A stretch of DNA of 64,000 nt from Eledone cirrhosa (lineage: Eukaryota): positions 77,686,001 through 77,750,000 of the forward strand of contig OZ024745.1 in the NCBI GenBank assembly GCA_964016885.1, in the 5' to 3' direction. Shown one piece after another: positions 12,936-35,360 of this stretch. Both the position numbers and the translations under genes were made by a program. Within the stretch, counting starts at the first letter, position 1; each line of letters opens with the position of its first letter. The notes under the pieces were generated by a model that had not been told where the DNA came from, ran no database searches, and worked only from the letters and a program-made list of their open reading frames with translations.

Positions 12936-13410
12936 ATCTAAGAAGAGAAAGACTAAGAATTATAGAGCGAGATCGCTAAATCGCCCAATGCGGTCCCTAG
13001 GGCATTGGAAATTTGAAATTTGAAATGCATTGGAAATTTGAAATGTTTTTTGCTCAGAACACTCCCTGAAACATAACAGTATTTCATATAAAAAAATAAT
13101 AATAATAAAGAGAGTCATACCTTATATCTGGAAATCATATCCGGCTACCAAGAGTATATATTTAATACATTAACAGAGAAAGCCTTAAGCGATACTCTGA
13201 CCAACTCCATCTCACTCAACAAACATTAGGATATACCTAAGTATTTTGCTAATTTAGTGTTTGGGGTGCTAACTAATCAGTATTTCGTGGATAGCTGGTT
13301 GTATTATTTTATATGAGACATAATTAAATAAATATCTCTTTCCTTCCAGACGATCGTTTCGTTATAAGATTTCTACAATTTGGGATAAATAATGTCCAGG
13401 TTATGTAGAA

Positions 13411-13443
<33 letters not shown>

Positions 13444-13769
13444 GAGTTCGGATCTAGCTGTCGAAACGGCCGGAGCTCAGCCGTCGGGGTCCTGACTATC
13501 TTCCCCTCTCTCTCTCTATATATATATAATGGTATAGTAAAAGCTTAAAGCTCCACTAACCTAAACTGAACATTCAACAATTGACAAAACATATAGATAT
13601 GTTTCTGATAAAACATATTTAATGTAATTAATTATTTTTTATCATTATTTCCAGACTAATCTATCATTGAAGTCAAATAACGAAGAGCTGCCAGATTTTC
13701 GGGATATGCATAATAATGATGACCTTGGAAGGAAGTTATACACTATACTTAGATATTCAAACATACTAT

Positions 13770-13900
13770 TTCCAACTTCCACAATCCTGCCGCAATCCTC
13801 CACCTATTTTACCTTATATATATATAATGTAGGGAATTTAAGAATGAAAGAGGCTCTAATCACCCACAAGCAAAAACCACAAATACATAATAGATTAAAT
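13770..13900 (+). pseudogene. GIY-YIG C-terminal remnant (PLE)
   Basis: NLRMKEALITHKQKPQIHN resembles the typical PLE end motif L.I.EAL.I...KP.LN. Confidence 0.4.
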
Positions 13901-14235
13901 ACACGGAACAGAGTAGCTACTATAATTTCTCCACTCATGCCTTTTCTCGACACTTAGACTAGTTAAGGAAGAACATGTTCTTTTTGTTTTTAATAGTCTT
14001 CGTTTTTACATTTGAAAAGAAGGTACAGCCCTGAAATATTATGCCCTGAAATATTATGTCAAAATATAGTGGTAAAAATAATTGTTTCTACTTTAGGCAC
14101 AAGGCCAGCAATTAACCAGTGCATTACTGGTGCTCTATTTTATCGAATAATATTACTTTGTTTTGTTTTATATGGCATCATTTGCCCTCTATCTATTTCT
14201 ACCGCATTGTACCGTCTTTCTGAAACCTATCAGTC

Positions 14236-14267
<32 letters not shown>

Positions 14268-14270
<3 letters not shown>

Positions 14271-15330
14271 GGATGGCAACAGGCCACTTTACCTGTCAGG
14301 TATGGTGGCCTTGGCATCTGGTCCCCGATCTCACTGGGTTTGCCGGCGTTTCTTTCGTCGGTAACACCATGCTGCGTCCTCGTCAGCAGGGTTCTCCAAA
14401 ACACAATAGAACCCTCTGTGTTCAGGGAACGTGAGGCCGCCTGTGAGACGTGGGACCGGCTGGGACTTAGCCCAGTAGACGTCCCTCCTCCTTCTGCCCC
14501 TGCTGACGTCAAGTCCCCCCAAAGCATTTGGGGTGCCATCCAGTGCAGCCTGGCTTCGGACAGGCTGACACGCCAGCTCGACCAGCACCGCCTTGCGTGT
14601 TTTCGCGCGGCCTCCAAACGCCACAGTGGTGACTAGCCCTCCTTCTCCACTGGCACGCACCTAGATAACAATAGCCTGTGCATCGGCGTTTCATTGAGGC
14701 TCGGCCTCCGGATCTGCGAGCCACACCAATGTCGCTGTGGATCCACCGTGGACTCTTTCGGCCTCCACCCACTTTCATGTCGCCACAGTGCCGTCCGCCT
14801 TCCACGCCATGCTGCCTTCAACGAGGTCATAAAGCATGGCTTGGACTCTGTAGGCTTCCCTTGGCAGCTTGAGCCGGTGGGGATGGACCAAGGAGACGGC
14901 AAATGGCCAGATGGCATGACCATCTTCCCGTTCCGCGGTGGAAAACCCCTCGTCTGGGATGCCACTTGCACCGACACTTTTTGCAGCTATAATCTGGTGC
15001 AATCTGCGACTAACCCAGGTTCTGCTGCACGTCGGGCTGAGGGGGCCAAGCTCTTCAAGTGCCGATCGCTCTCGGACAGGTTTGCGGTCGTACCCTTGAC
15101 AGTGGAGACTTCTGGTGTCCTCGGCCCTAGGGCTATCTCCCTACTCACCACCATAGGCGCTGAACCAGCCAGCTGCAGGTGTGAGCCTCGCGAGCTGGAG
15201 TGGCTTTTCAAGCGCGTCTCCCTTGCCGTCCTCCGGGGAAACGCCTTCTCTATTCTGTCCGCCGGGGCTGTGGGGACGCCACCAATATGATTGACTGACT
15301 TGTCCTTTTATCAGTCAGATTAAAAAAAAA
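14268..15330 (+). mobile_element. 5'-truncated CRE-like non-LTR retrotransposon (restriction-like endonuclease type)
   Basis: ATLPVRYGGLGI thumb, CRCG...H..SC..RH knuckle, PDG...WD endonuclease, RGNA C-terminus; A-rich 3' end; GC-rich relative to flanks. Confidence 0.85.
14694..15290 (+). pseudogene. Zinc knuckle + restriction-like endonuclease domain of CRE-like element
   Basis: ORF 14694-15290; upstream part (ORF 14163-14636) is separated by a stop codon. Confidence 0.8.
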
Positions 15331-15564
15331 TAGTTACAACATGCTGTTTTGTACTTTATAAGAATGTCTTGACAGCATGAACAGTTAGTGTATATATGTG
15401 AATTTCGCAATTCAACCCTTACCACAGTGTATACAAAGCTAAAATATCTAAATGATACATTTGATATGAATTACTTTAGTCCGGAATTCTCTTTAGTCCG
15501 AACTATTAACGCAAATTCCGTTTAATCCAAATAGTGTTTTATTTTTATCCCACCCACTTTACAT

Positions 15565-16050
15565 ATATATATATAAAAATTTAAGTCATTTTATTTGTCT
15601 TACACATGTTTCACCAGGAAATAGTTCTACTATTAATATATAGAAACTGAAAAAGGGCTCAAGGAATCTTCATTGAACCTTTGATTTCACTGAATCCTGT
15701 ATCACCAGAAATATAATAAAATATACAAAATATAGGAATACAAACAAATCCAAGAAAAATATCCGAATATCACCACATACTCCTGTTTATCGTTTGTCTA
15801 TTAGCTTGTTCACAAAATTGTACAAATAATTGCAGGCACGATGACATCAGAGTGTCTAGAGTTTTACACATTAACATACTTAACTTTAATTTAACATTTC
15901 TCCCTATTTGAATAGATATACGCCTGAGCGGAAGGTGAAGTGTTTTTCTTTCCTTGATGCGGGATATGTATTATATTGCTTTACTATATTACCTCAAAAT
16001 CCCCTTTCAATATTAAATTGACTAAAATACTCTCCATTTGCCTGTTTAAC
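15565..16050 (-). mobile_element. Degenerate PLE pseudo-LTR remnant with decayed HHR (15597-15712)
   Basis: Minus strand TTT-CTGGTGA-TACAGG...CCTGGT-GAAA-CATGTG-TA. Confidence 0.4.
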
Positions 16051-16127
16051 TACATATACATATACACAAGTGCGCATGCGCACGCATACACACACACACA
16101 CACATTCATATATATATATATACACTG

Positions 16128-16220
<93 letters not shown>

Positions 16221-16225
<5 letters not shown>

Positions 16226-17738
16226 GATAAGCAGAACAAGTAAAATTCAATCAATTTTTCAAAATACATTAAAAAATATAATATAAATATTTACCTCTTC
16301 TAGTGGCCCTTACTGATCAGTTTCGCTTTGTAAAACCTCATAAATCCGATGGATTCATGATGGAAAACCAAAGCTCATCAGAGAAGCATTTTCCCATCCT
16401 AGGGCTAAACGTCCCAGGAACGACAAAATATACAACCTCCTGCCAGCTAATAAAGGTCTGAAAGGTCGTAAAAGTGACCCGTATGTAAACTGGACCGAAG
16501 TAAAAGCGGGAAAATCAAAGACTTGCTGTCTACAATTACTACTAAAGAAATAGCAGCCTAGTAAAGCAACAGATTTGTTCTCAACGGACGGAGAAAAAGG
16601 TATAAGTTAATATGTCCAGGGATACTAGGTACCCCTAGAAATACATAGGTTGTCTATGATTCAGGGTTGTTCAATGGTGTTAATTTGATACACCAGAACT
16701 TTAATATTAAGATAAGCAGAACAAGTAAAATTCAATCAATTTTTCAAAATACATTAAAAAATATAATATAAATATTTACCTCTTCTAGTGGCCCTTACTG
16801 ATCAGTTTCGCTTTGTAAAACCTCATAAATCCGATGGATTCATGATGGAAAACCAAAGCTCATCAGAGAAGCATTTTCCCATCCTAGGGCTAAACGTCCC
16901 AGGAACGACAAAATATACAACCTCCTGCCAGCTAATAAAGGTCTGAAAGGTCGTAAAAGTGACCCGTATGTAAACTGGACCGAAGTAAAAGCGGGAAAAT
17001 CAAAGACTTGCTGTCTACAATTACTACTAAAGAAATAGCAGCCTAGTAAAGCAACAGATTTGTTCTCAACGGACGGAGAAAAAGGTATAAGTTAATATGT
17101 CCAGGGATACTAGGTACCCCTAGAAATACATAGGTTGTCTATGATTCAGGGTTGTTCAATGGTGTTAATTTGATACACCAGAACTTTAATATTAAGATAA
17201 GCAGAACAAGTAAAATTCAATCAATTTTTCAAAATACATTAAAAAATATAATATAAATATTTACCTCTTCTAGTGGCCCTTACTGATCAGTTTCGCTTTG
17301 TAAAACCTCATAAATCCGATGGATTCATGATGGAAAACCAAAGCTCATCAGAGAAGCATTTTCCCATCCTAGGGCTAAACGTCCCAGGAACGACAAAATA
17401 TACAACCTCCTGCCAGCTAATAAAGGTCTGAAAGGTCGTAAAAGTGACCCGTATGTAAACTGGACCGAAGTAAAAGCGGGAAAATCAAAGACTTGCTGTC
17501 TACAATTACTACTAAAGAAATAGCAGCCTAGTAAAGCAACAGATTTGTTCTCAACGGACGGAGAAAAAGGTATAAGTTAATATGTCCAGGGATACTAGGT
17601 ACCCCTAGAAATACATAGGTTGTCTATGATTCAGGGTTGTTCAATGGTGTTAATTTGATACACCAGAACTTTAATATTAAGATAAGCAGAACAAGTAAAA
17701 TTCAATCAATTTTTCAAAATACATTAAAAAATATAATA
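16221..17738 (-). repeat. 485-bp tandem array (~3.1 apparently identical units), one HHR per unit; retrozyme-like
   Basis: Units start at 16221, 16706, 17191 and 17676. No ORF; flanked by (TA)n. Confidence 0.92.
16306..16387 (-). ncRNA. Type I hammerhead ribozyme (also at 16791-16872 and 17276-17357)
   Basis: TTCT-CTGATGA-GCTTTG...TCATGAATCC ATC GGATTTATGA...CAAAGC-GAAA-CTGATCAG-TA-AGGG; palindromic stem III ACTGATCAGT. Confidence 0.8.
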
Positions 17739-17746
17739 TATATATG

Positions 17747-18099
<353 letters not shown>

Positions 18100-18130
18100 G
18101 TATATATATATGTATATATATATGTATATA

Positions 18131-18199
<69 letters not shown>

Positions 18200-18200
18200 G

Positions 18201-18340
<140 letters not shown>

Positions 18341-18342
18341 TA

Positions 18343-19155
<813 letters not shown>

Positions 19156-19208
19156 GTATATATATATGTATATATATATATGTATATATATATATATGTA
19201 TGTATATA

Positions 19209-19311
<103 letters not shown>

Positions 19312-19332
19312 ATGTATATATGTGTGTGTGTA

Positions 19333-19403
<71 letters not shown>

Positions 19404-19412
19404 ATATATGTG

Positions 19413-19449
<37 letters not shown>

Positions 19450-19464
19450 GTATATATATATATG

Positions 19465-25969
<6,505 letters not shown>

Positions 25970-27182
25970 AATTTAGCGAGAATCGCATTTCGGCGGGTAG
26001 AAATTAGCGAAACGCAACTTCAGTATTGTGCAGACAAGCGCTCCATGCATATGAAGAAGACACCAGAGCTATAAACATAAGTTAAAATGGTCATACACGC
26101 TGAGACGGTGGTTAAGAAGCCATTAACCACCTCAGCCAAAAGAGCGAACAAGCTAAACGGGTCAAACAAATTGAGATATAATTGAAATAGTTACCCGGAC
26201 CCTCGGGGAAGATGGAATACTTCGAAATTGGCTTTCTTGAACACCTAAATCAATAATACTGTCTGCTTATAAAAATAAGCTTTTGGTATAATGATCGAAC
26301 AAGGCATCGCTTTCTCAACAGGTTTTTGTTCTTCTTGCGCCGGAATCTCTCAGGTTGTGAAAGCACATGTGAGATTCTAAGGGGAGAAAACCCCTATTTG
26401 GGCCAGTGAATTCAGCATGTGTAGTTATTACAAAGATTTGCAAAAGCCGCACAAAACGAATAAGCTCTCTACCGAGTTGTTTTTAAAATAAACTTAATCG
26501 ATTAATCAGTCAATAGAATTAACTAAAAAGCCAAACAAATTAACTGGTTAATCCCTTGACTTGGGAGATTAATACAAATATAAATTTAGCGAGAATCGCA
26601 TTTCGGCGGGTAGGAAATAGCGAAATGCAACTTCAGTATTGTGCAGACAATATCGCTTATCAAAAGATTGGAAATTCAGAGAATTTCTAATGGAAAGAAT
26701 CAGCTCTTCAGACAGCTATTTCCATACCACAGGGCACAAAAGCCTTCTGGTAGTAAATATATTGCTTTCTGCCCAGCGAAACCGTCGGTTACAGCACTTG
26801 AACAGGTGAATATTTAAATCGTATTTTAATTCATTTAAAAGATTGTTTAATGTTTACTTGTTCCGCTCATTTTTATAATTCTGGTATCTCAAATTAGTAC
26901 CATTGAATAACCACTGTTATAGACACCATATATATTTCCGTGGGTACTTAGTACCTACTGGATATTTATATAATTTATTTGTATTCTCCTCTTATGTAGA
27001 GAAAAAATTGTTGTATCATGCTGCTATTTCTAGTAACATGAAATTTCAACAAGTCTATAATTCCCGCTTTTTCCTAACGGCCTATTTATGTGTAGGTCAC
27101 TTTAACGGTCTGACCTCATACATTGGGCAGAAAGCAATATATTTACTACCACAAGGCTTTTGTGCCCTGTGGTATGGAAATA

Positions 27183-27262
27183 GCTGTCTGAAGAGCTGAT
27201 TCTTTCCATTGGAAATTCTCTGAATTTCCAATCTTTTGATAAGCGAAATCGTCGGTCACAGC
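27183..27262 (+). ncRNA. Type I hammerhead ribozyme
   Basis: GCTGT-CTGAAGA-GCT...ATTGGAAATTC TCT GAATTTCCAAT...AGC-GAAA-TCGTCGG-TC-ACAGC. Confidence 0.8.
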
Positions 27263-27449
27263 ACTAGAACAGGTGAATATTTAAATCGTATTTTAATTTA
27301 TTTAAAAGATTGTTTAATGTTTACTTGTTCCGCTTATTTTTATAATTCTGGTAACTCAAATTAGTACCACTGTTATAGACACCATATATATTTCCGTGGG
27401 TAGTTAGTACCTACTGGAATATTTATATCATATATATATATATTTATAA

Positions 27450-27575
27450 TTGTTTCTATTTTTGGCACAAGGCCAGCAATTACCCAGTACGTTACTGGTA
27501 CTTTATTTTATCGACCTCCGTAAGGATGAAAGGCAAAGTTAACCTCGGCGGGATTTGAACTCAGACCGTAAAGGG
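27450..27575 (-). mobile_element. tRNA-derived SINE family copy
   Basis: Near-identical to 46393-46508, 56011-56180 and, in part, 14081-14145; B-box GAGTTCAAATCCC on minus strand. Confidence 0.75.
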
Positions 27576-27677
27576 ATATATATATAATGCCAATCATTGT
27601 AAGTTTGAATCTGACATGCAAAAACATATATATAAAAATATAAAGTAATCCCAAATCATAGATTAAAATATCACAGA

Positions 27678-27738
<61 letters not shown>

Positions 27739-27842
27739 GGGTGAGAAATGAGGTGCAACAGAAATGAAACATGGATTACAGGTGAAAATATAATATAGAT
27801 AGATGTGAAACAAAACGAGGATGAAGTTTATGGAACACCCAA

Positions 27843-28286
27843 ATGATTTAGAAGTCGACCTTAAGTAGGAGTAAATAACATTAAAAAAGACATGAACTTC
27901 ACCACAACACTTTGTTTGAAAATTTTGAAAGTAGGTTTATAAGTATGAATTTTCATAAGCTTTTTGTAGTTGTCTCTGTGGCCTAGCGGTAGGTACTAGA
28001 GACGATGGGTTCAATCCTGGTCAAGAGGTGCATGAAACCTTTTTCATTTTTTATTTTACAACCAATAGAAAAAACGGAAAAGGTTTACCGGGAACCCTAC
28101 TCCAACTGCAGACGAGGATCACCACCGTCTATGATTCCTCCAACTAAGCCACCGAGACAGCTACAAAGGCATAATGAAAATTCATAATTATAAACCTAAT
28201 TTCAAAACCAAAGTTAAAAAGATGTGGTGTCATTCATGGCTTTCTTATAGTTATTAGTAATATTTAGGGTCGACTTCTGGTCATTA
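27843..28286. mobile_element. Old fold-back/MITE with ~115-bp imperfect TIRs enclosing a tRNA-like head
   Basis: AGAAGTCGACCTTAA...TAGGTTTATAAGTATGAATTTTCAT versus ATGAAAATTCATAATTATAAACCTA...TTAGGGTCGACTTCT; GTGGCCTAGCGG and GGTTCAATCC at 27978-28018. Confidence 0.55.
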
Positions 28287-29229
28287 TTGAAAGTCTCTGG
28301 ATTTCGCAAAATACATATTTTTTATTGGAGAAGGTAAGATATTTTTCCGCAAAAATTTGATTGCACTGTTTTGTTTCCACTTATGTATTTTTCGAAAATG
28401 TTATTTATTCATTATAAAAATTAAATGATAGCATTCTATATGTAGGTGGGCCCCCTTCATCTCCTGGCAACCAATATTTTTAGACCCAGTCCGCCACTGT
28501 ATATATGTATATATATATGATCTATCTGTAAATACGTTGAACGAATGTGTAATTATTGTTGAAAATGTATCTAGTGTTAGAAGCTTCTACGTATGTTTTT
28601 CTTCTTCTTACTATGAAATTGGGCATAAAAGCTCCTGGATGAAAAAGAAAATATTGCCAGTTTTGTTTTGCTCATATTTTGTAGCTTACATATTCCAAAC
28701 GTCTGCAACACAAGCGTTACAGACGGTATTGAAAAACTGTAAGATATAGAATTGGCTGCATATATTTTGACAATTCTACATAAATCATAACTACAAGAAT
28801 ACACACACTTATGCTTGTGGAAGAATTCAAAAAGGAAATCCTTGAAATATTTCTTTATAAATAAAATTTTGTGAAACGTATTTTTTAAATAAATGATCTG
28901 AATCCCATTGAAAAAGAAACAAACCTCAAAAGAATCCACAAACCACCTGAGGTCATTACATTTCTGAATATAGTTAAAATCAGAATGGAGTCGTACGGAA
29001 TAGCATGAAATTTTAGCAACATAATTCATCATAAAATTGTATAAATACTATTTTATAGCGGTGGTAACGCAGAACAGTCCATTTAAGATATGGAGTGGAA
29101 AAACAAAATGATTAGAAGACAATAATATAACGAGTATGTAAAAATGTAAATTAACATTTCTAATTGGAATATAAGTATTAGTTTCCATTTTCGTATACAT
29201 TATAACGATATTTGCAATGGACGCCCAAA

Positions 29230-29600
29230 GTCTGAAATGTTTTATTGTAAAAAATGCAAGTGTCTTTTGTCGCTATGAAAACGGAAAAGGAAAGGAAAGT
29301 CAAGGGCACTAGGGTCACAGAGTAATGTGAGGGAGGAGAGGGGAGGGGCTCTAGGCCTAGAGCACGGCAGTGTGGGGCTGCGCCCGCTACAAACCGCAAA
29401 AGCATTCCCGCGGACAATGGCCCGCGATACCCGCTGCAACAGGGGCTCCTTCCTCAAACCGTCGAACCGTTGATTTAGAAATCGGAGTAAAGTAATTTGG
29501 AGTAAAATATATTCGAAATGCCGTGTTCTTTTTCCAATACCGGACGTTTTCCAGTATTTAAAGACTCTGGGGTCACATCTAGCCATATCACTCACCCCAG
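29230..29600 (-). mobile_element. 3' fragment of CRE-like retrotransposon
   Basis: LLQRVSRAIVRGNAFAV parallels LFKRVSLAVLRGNAFSI in ORF 14694-15290. Confidence 0.6.
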
Positions 29601-29629
29601 CTCTAGATATACCTGAGGCTCCTCCATGT

Positions 29630-29866
29630 TTGTCCTCTACTTATCCCTACACCCCACTGGAAGTTGAGCAGTGTCACTCGTGTCTCACGCGTAATAGGCA
29701 GAGTAAAGGAAGGGAATGTTCCAACTGTAACAATTTCTTCCACCTTTTGTACGTCAAACGTACTCGACGCACTTTGGAAACCTTGTACCGGTGCCTCTAC
29801 CCACGCTGCCTAAGCGCCTGTGGTCGAATAATCCTTTCGATGCTACAGTTAAACACAGGGGCATGA
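29630..29866 (+). pseudogene. Degenerate PHD-like zinc finger, probably the N-terminal part of a retroelement ORF
   Basis: CHSC...CSNC..FH.......C..PRC spacing. Confidence 0.4.
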
Positions 29867-30754
29867 CACAATGTGGACGTAACCCCACTGAAGCCCTGAT
29901 GAGCTCTTGCTAGCGATGTTCCGTCACAGGCAGTAGCGAAGAGTCACCATCAACATACACAAAGTTTCCCGCACTCTGCAATCCTGACTTGCTACCCCCC
30001 CCCTCACCTCTCTCTCTCTCTTTCTCTCTTTCTCTCTCCGATACCCTGGAAGAAATCAGCTGTATACAGATCTGGAAAGTGTATGGGCTGCACCAAGTAT
30101 AAAATGCCCTAGACCTACCGTATACCGTCTTGACGGTGCCTCTACGATTTCATGCGGAGTTACCAGCCCCCCCCCCCCCCCCCACATATATATATATTGA
30201 ATCCTCGCTTTTACTGTTTTGAGGTATGAAATCGGGTAAATTTTTATTTCCTAACATTAGATAGGTTTATTAGTTAATAGAATGAAAGGAAATTCCAAGG
30301 TCATATTTACAGTATATGTAACTATTCTTCATTTCAGTTTCTATGAGCCACCAAATTCTTGCATCTTTCCACTTTCTATTTTACATTCATATCTTCCATG
30401 ATTTTCAGCAGCGTATATTTGCACACTTTCATTTGCAAATATAGTTAGCTACCGATTATATGCAGAATAGGTAATGAACAAATCCAAACAATACGCTACA
30501 GATACAGACACACACTGACTCAAACACAGACACACACTCCACCCCCCCCCCCCTCTCTCTTTCTCACACACACACATATCACACCTCCATATACACATTT
30601 GCGGTGGGAGGGTATCACAGACGTACCATATTATACAACTTAACTACATATTTATTTATAATAATCTTTCAACGCAGCTCGTACTCGGAACTCTTTCACG
30701 CGTTCCACACATATTTGTTTGTAAAATGTATGTATTTATTCGCACCATACATAT

Positions 30755-31290
<536 letters not shown>

Positions 31291-31810
31291 GGGGATGGGT
31301 GTGCGTGCACTTGTATTTGTGTGGGAATGTAAAATTGTTAATGTTTTATGTTTTGTTTTCGTAGTCATCCATTATACTTGCTCTAAAACAAGCAGTCTAC
31401 ACAACCACCAATTTTGAAGGCTATATACATATAAAGTTTCGAGAAAATTTATTCAGTATTGCTTAAGACTGCATTTCTAATTTCTCTAACGCTCGTCATC
31501 CTGACAGCGATCACCTGGTGCAAGATAACAAAAGCATGTTTGGCAGTATTTAATTATACTTTCTATTTTTCTCTTTTTCTGCATTGGGCATCCAGCAGCG
31601 AATTACACCTTGACATCCAGTCACTGTTAGAAGTGCATTTACCTTGTTCAAAGCAAACTTCCTATTCAGTTTATTGTATGGCTGTTGCAAGAATGTTTGT
31701 GGTTTGTCTTTCAAATTATAGTATTATTTAGAACTACTTAAAAACTATAAAGGTTGTTTGCTAGTATGAATGGAGAGAAAGAGAAGGGAGACTTGGGATA
31801 CATATCCACT

Positions 31811-31909
<99 letters not shown>

Positions 31910-32754
31910 GTACATATCTGTGTGTGTGAGTGCGTGTATATATATATGTATCTGTTTGTATGTGCGTATGCATATATATATGCATATATATATATATATA
32001 TACATGTATATATACATATATATATATATGTATGCATATATATGTATATATATATATATATTAGCTAACACTTATAGTGATATATATATAAGCACTTATA
32101 TACATACATAGGTGTTAATCCTATTTACGCTTTGTGTAACCTTAGAACTTGAATTGCAAACAGGAAACTAAATTAAACACGAATAAATATTTGGGAGAGT
32201 TGACGGGTACAACACTCTGTAACACACTAACTTCTATTTCTAGTTTCATTCTTTATCAGAAAAGGGCATTAAATTGGATATCAACTGTGATAATATAATC
32301 GCAAATCACTCGTCCAACCATAAGATGATTTATAGCTTTCTACACGAGGAGTCGCAATATTTGATAATAATCAAGATTATAAAAGGCTTTCCAATGCAAA
32401 CTGGTTAATGAATCATAGGCATAGTTTGTGGATTTCCTGTGGTCAAAACTAATTGTAAATCGAATTAAATATAACAAGAACATTAGTAGTATATTTTCAC
32501 TGACTTATGCGTTGCTGTATTATGAAGGGATAACAATCACATAAGAATATATGCACAACAGTTTTATAATGTGGTAATTATTCTGCCATAACAGTAAAAG
32601 AAGATGCAATTAATTGCTGACGATTCTATTATTCTTCACAGATTCCTTACTAGGGATTTAGGAACACGGTTGCCACTGAGCTATTAATCTTGCTTTAATA
32701 CTCTAGAATGCCAACATGAAATTCCCAGATAGCTACAACATGTAGGACAGCAGC

Positions 32755-32755
32755 C

Positions 32756-32786
<31 letters not shown>

Positions 32787-32892
32787 ACCCACTTATTCCT
32801 GGGAGGGTCGTCAGAAGCAACCAACTCCAACTGATCCGACTGGATCCCCAAGCGTGACTCAGCCAAACTCATGAATGTTATCCAACCATCTG
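32755..32892 (-). mobile_element. RTE-type LINE 3' end with (GAA)n tail
   Basis: Homologous to 44920-45190; WITFMSLAESRLGI. Confidence 0.55.
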
Positions 32893-34049
32893 AATAGTCA
32901 TTTTTGAATGGAAATAAGATTTCTGTTTGGTGTTTATAGTTCTTTGGATCATCAATGTACGATATATGGACGTTTATATACATGTGCTCTTCACAGCTGT
33001 AGAAGTTCTAGTTAAATCATAAAACTATTTGAACGTTAAAACAATGCAAAATTAATCATTTGAATTCCAAAATCTCTAACAGCGTAACAAAATTTACAAA
33101 GACAATTCTTTTTAACATACCCAATGCAGGTAGCCGAATGGTATTATTTTAATGCCATAACCAATATACACTTTATTGATTTCAAATTAGTCATAATGAC
33201 CGATTGGATGCAGTTCACATATTAGCGGAAGTGTAGTTTGTTCACCACCTATAGTTGTGGCAGTGAACATTGTTGTGACTTTCATTAATCTATCTTTTGC
33301 CTGGCGATATAACGTAGTTAAAATGATTTGTAAATTACAGTACTTCCGGTAACAGTACGCATTCTCTAATTAATTATTCGATACCAAAAATATACAGATC
33401 TTTTAAGTATATATATATCTGACTGCAAGTATAAAATTAATTTCTTTAACCGCAGCAATATAGTCAATACGAAAACCTCTAGTCTATGTAGGTAAAAGAA
33501 GCAGCAATATTTTCTCGTGGGAATAAATAATCGTTACTGAGCACATTGAGAGGAATATATGTAGATTATGTAATATGGATTTCGATCAATGACACAAGGT
33601 CATAGATTTTGTAGAAGCATCTAGTCAATTAATTCAATCCCAGTAGTGGAATACTATTTTATTGATAAAAAAATTACAATTTGCATAGATTTGAACTCAG
33701 AACGGTAAGGAGCGTAACTACAAGATACTTTTTCCAATGATCTAGAGATTCTGTTAATCACTGCAACTATGTGATAAATGTAGTTTATGTAATTAGTTTT
33801 CTGATTTTCAGGAAAATAATACTAACATATTTCTGACAAAGTGACATAAATAGAAGAAAACTAAACTGGGAAATTACGGTGTACATCGGGTGAATGGCAA
33901 TGTTATGCCATATAAAGGAGTCTCAAACAAAGAGCAGAATCGAGTATCAAAATGCATATAGAGGTTTTGGAGTCTAGACAACCTGGAATTTTATGGCCTC
34001 TACAAAGTAATACCATACTTATTTGGAATGAGCCAGAATTGTGGCCAGC

Positions 34050-35360
34050 ACGAATTAATTTATAGTAAAGTGCCGATGGATTATTGGTTAAAAGACAAGT
34101 GATTAAATTAAAGAAATGAAATCAGTTGAAAAATTATCTAGCCGGACGAAGAAGCAAATGTTGGTTAAAAGTAAGCAACATGAGAAAAATACACAAAAAC
34201 TGTGCAATCAAACTCAAAATACTTCGTTCTAAACTGCCAAGAAACTCATCGTAGTCTAGTATCTTTGTTCTACTGTACTCAACTACCGCAAAATGGAGCA
34301 ATGAGGAAATGAAATAAAATTCTGGCGAATACATGGGAAAATAAATAGATTTCAAAGCGGATTAAACAATATAAACAAAACAGGATGTTTCGGAATAATA
34401 AAAGAAATTTCTTTCTACAACTGTCGAAAAATATCACGAAAAGGAAATTCATGATTCAGAGGAATAAAACAATTAATGTCAGACATTTTAGATGGAACAA
34501 GATTGTCTACATCAGTTGAAAATACAACTAGAACAAACAATTAAACAAATAAAATGAAACAGGAAGACTGCGTCTATTTACTGAGAGAAAAAGTAAACAA
34601 AGCTCCAAATTTGAACATCTGAATTTCAAGGATTTTTACAAATATGCAGTTGCACCAGTCAAGCTTTCTTGTATGAATGGGTGGATCCGTACCTCCTGAT
34701 GGAGTCGTAAGGGCACCGTCGTGATGTACGGCGGGTTTTGAGCATATAAAATCTGAGCTCATCTCTCAACATGTCTGAACACAACCGATTTCTTCTGGTA
34801 AAGGAGATAAAGTGCGGGAGAATAGAAGTGAGAAACAGAGGAAGAAATGACCCAAATACTGGATTCCTACATTTTTACGACCTAGAAAGGATGAAAAGTA
34901 ACGTTGGCTTCATGGGATATGAATTCAGAGTGCAGAAAGCCAGAACAAATACTGCAAAGCATTTTATTCATCATCTAACGACTCTGCCAATATGTCCGCC
35001 TATCACGGGATCTTATTTAATACCAAATAATCGTTTTTATTATGGATGACAAATGTGCAACTGTCCTTAAAGAGAAAGGTAGGAATTGGTGAACTAAAAT
35101 GAGCACCTATTACATGTTTACAACAAATGTGGAAATTACTGATATATTTAGTAGCTTGTATGAGACATCTATTATTGGAAATAATACATCTATTCCATAG
35201 AAAAAAGATTACCCAGAATTTGAAAGGATATCACGAACTACATATGAATTTCTGAATGTCGATATAGTTATAGTACAGATGTACAGCCTCGACTACAGAA
35301 AGCATACGATAGTTTGGGATTGTAGATTACATAAAAATATTTTGCATCTACGATGGAATA
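34050..35360 (+). pseudogene. Decayed R4/Dong-like non-LTR reverse transcriptase
   Basis: Fragments KRIKQYKQNRMFRNNKRNF (~34355), PPDGV (~34690), PITCLQQMWKLL (~35105), DYRK.YDS (~35290) in the expected order. Confidence 0.55.

Noticed and set aside
27975-28025. Functional tRNA genes (also 1176, 52040, 52280)
   Set aside because: Only A/B-box remnants with no complete cloverleaf; better explained as SINE heads.
29890-29950. CTGATGA-GCT...AGC possible hammerhead
   Set aside because: Followed by GATG or GAAG rather than GAAA; no convincing stems I/III.
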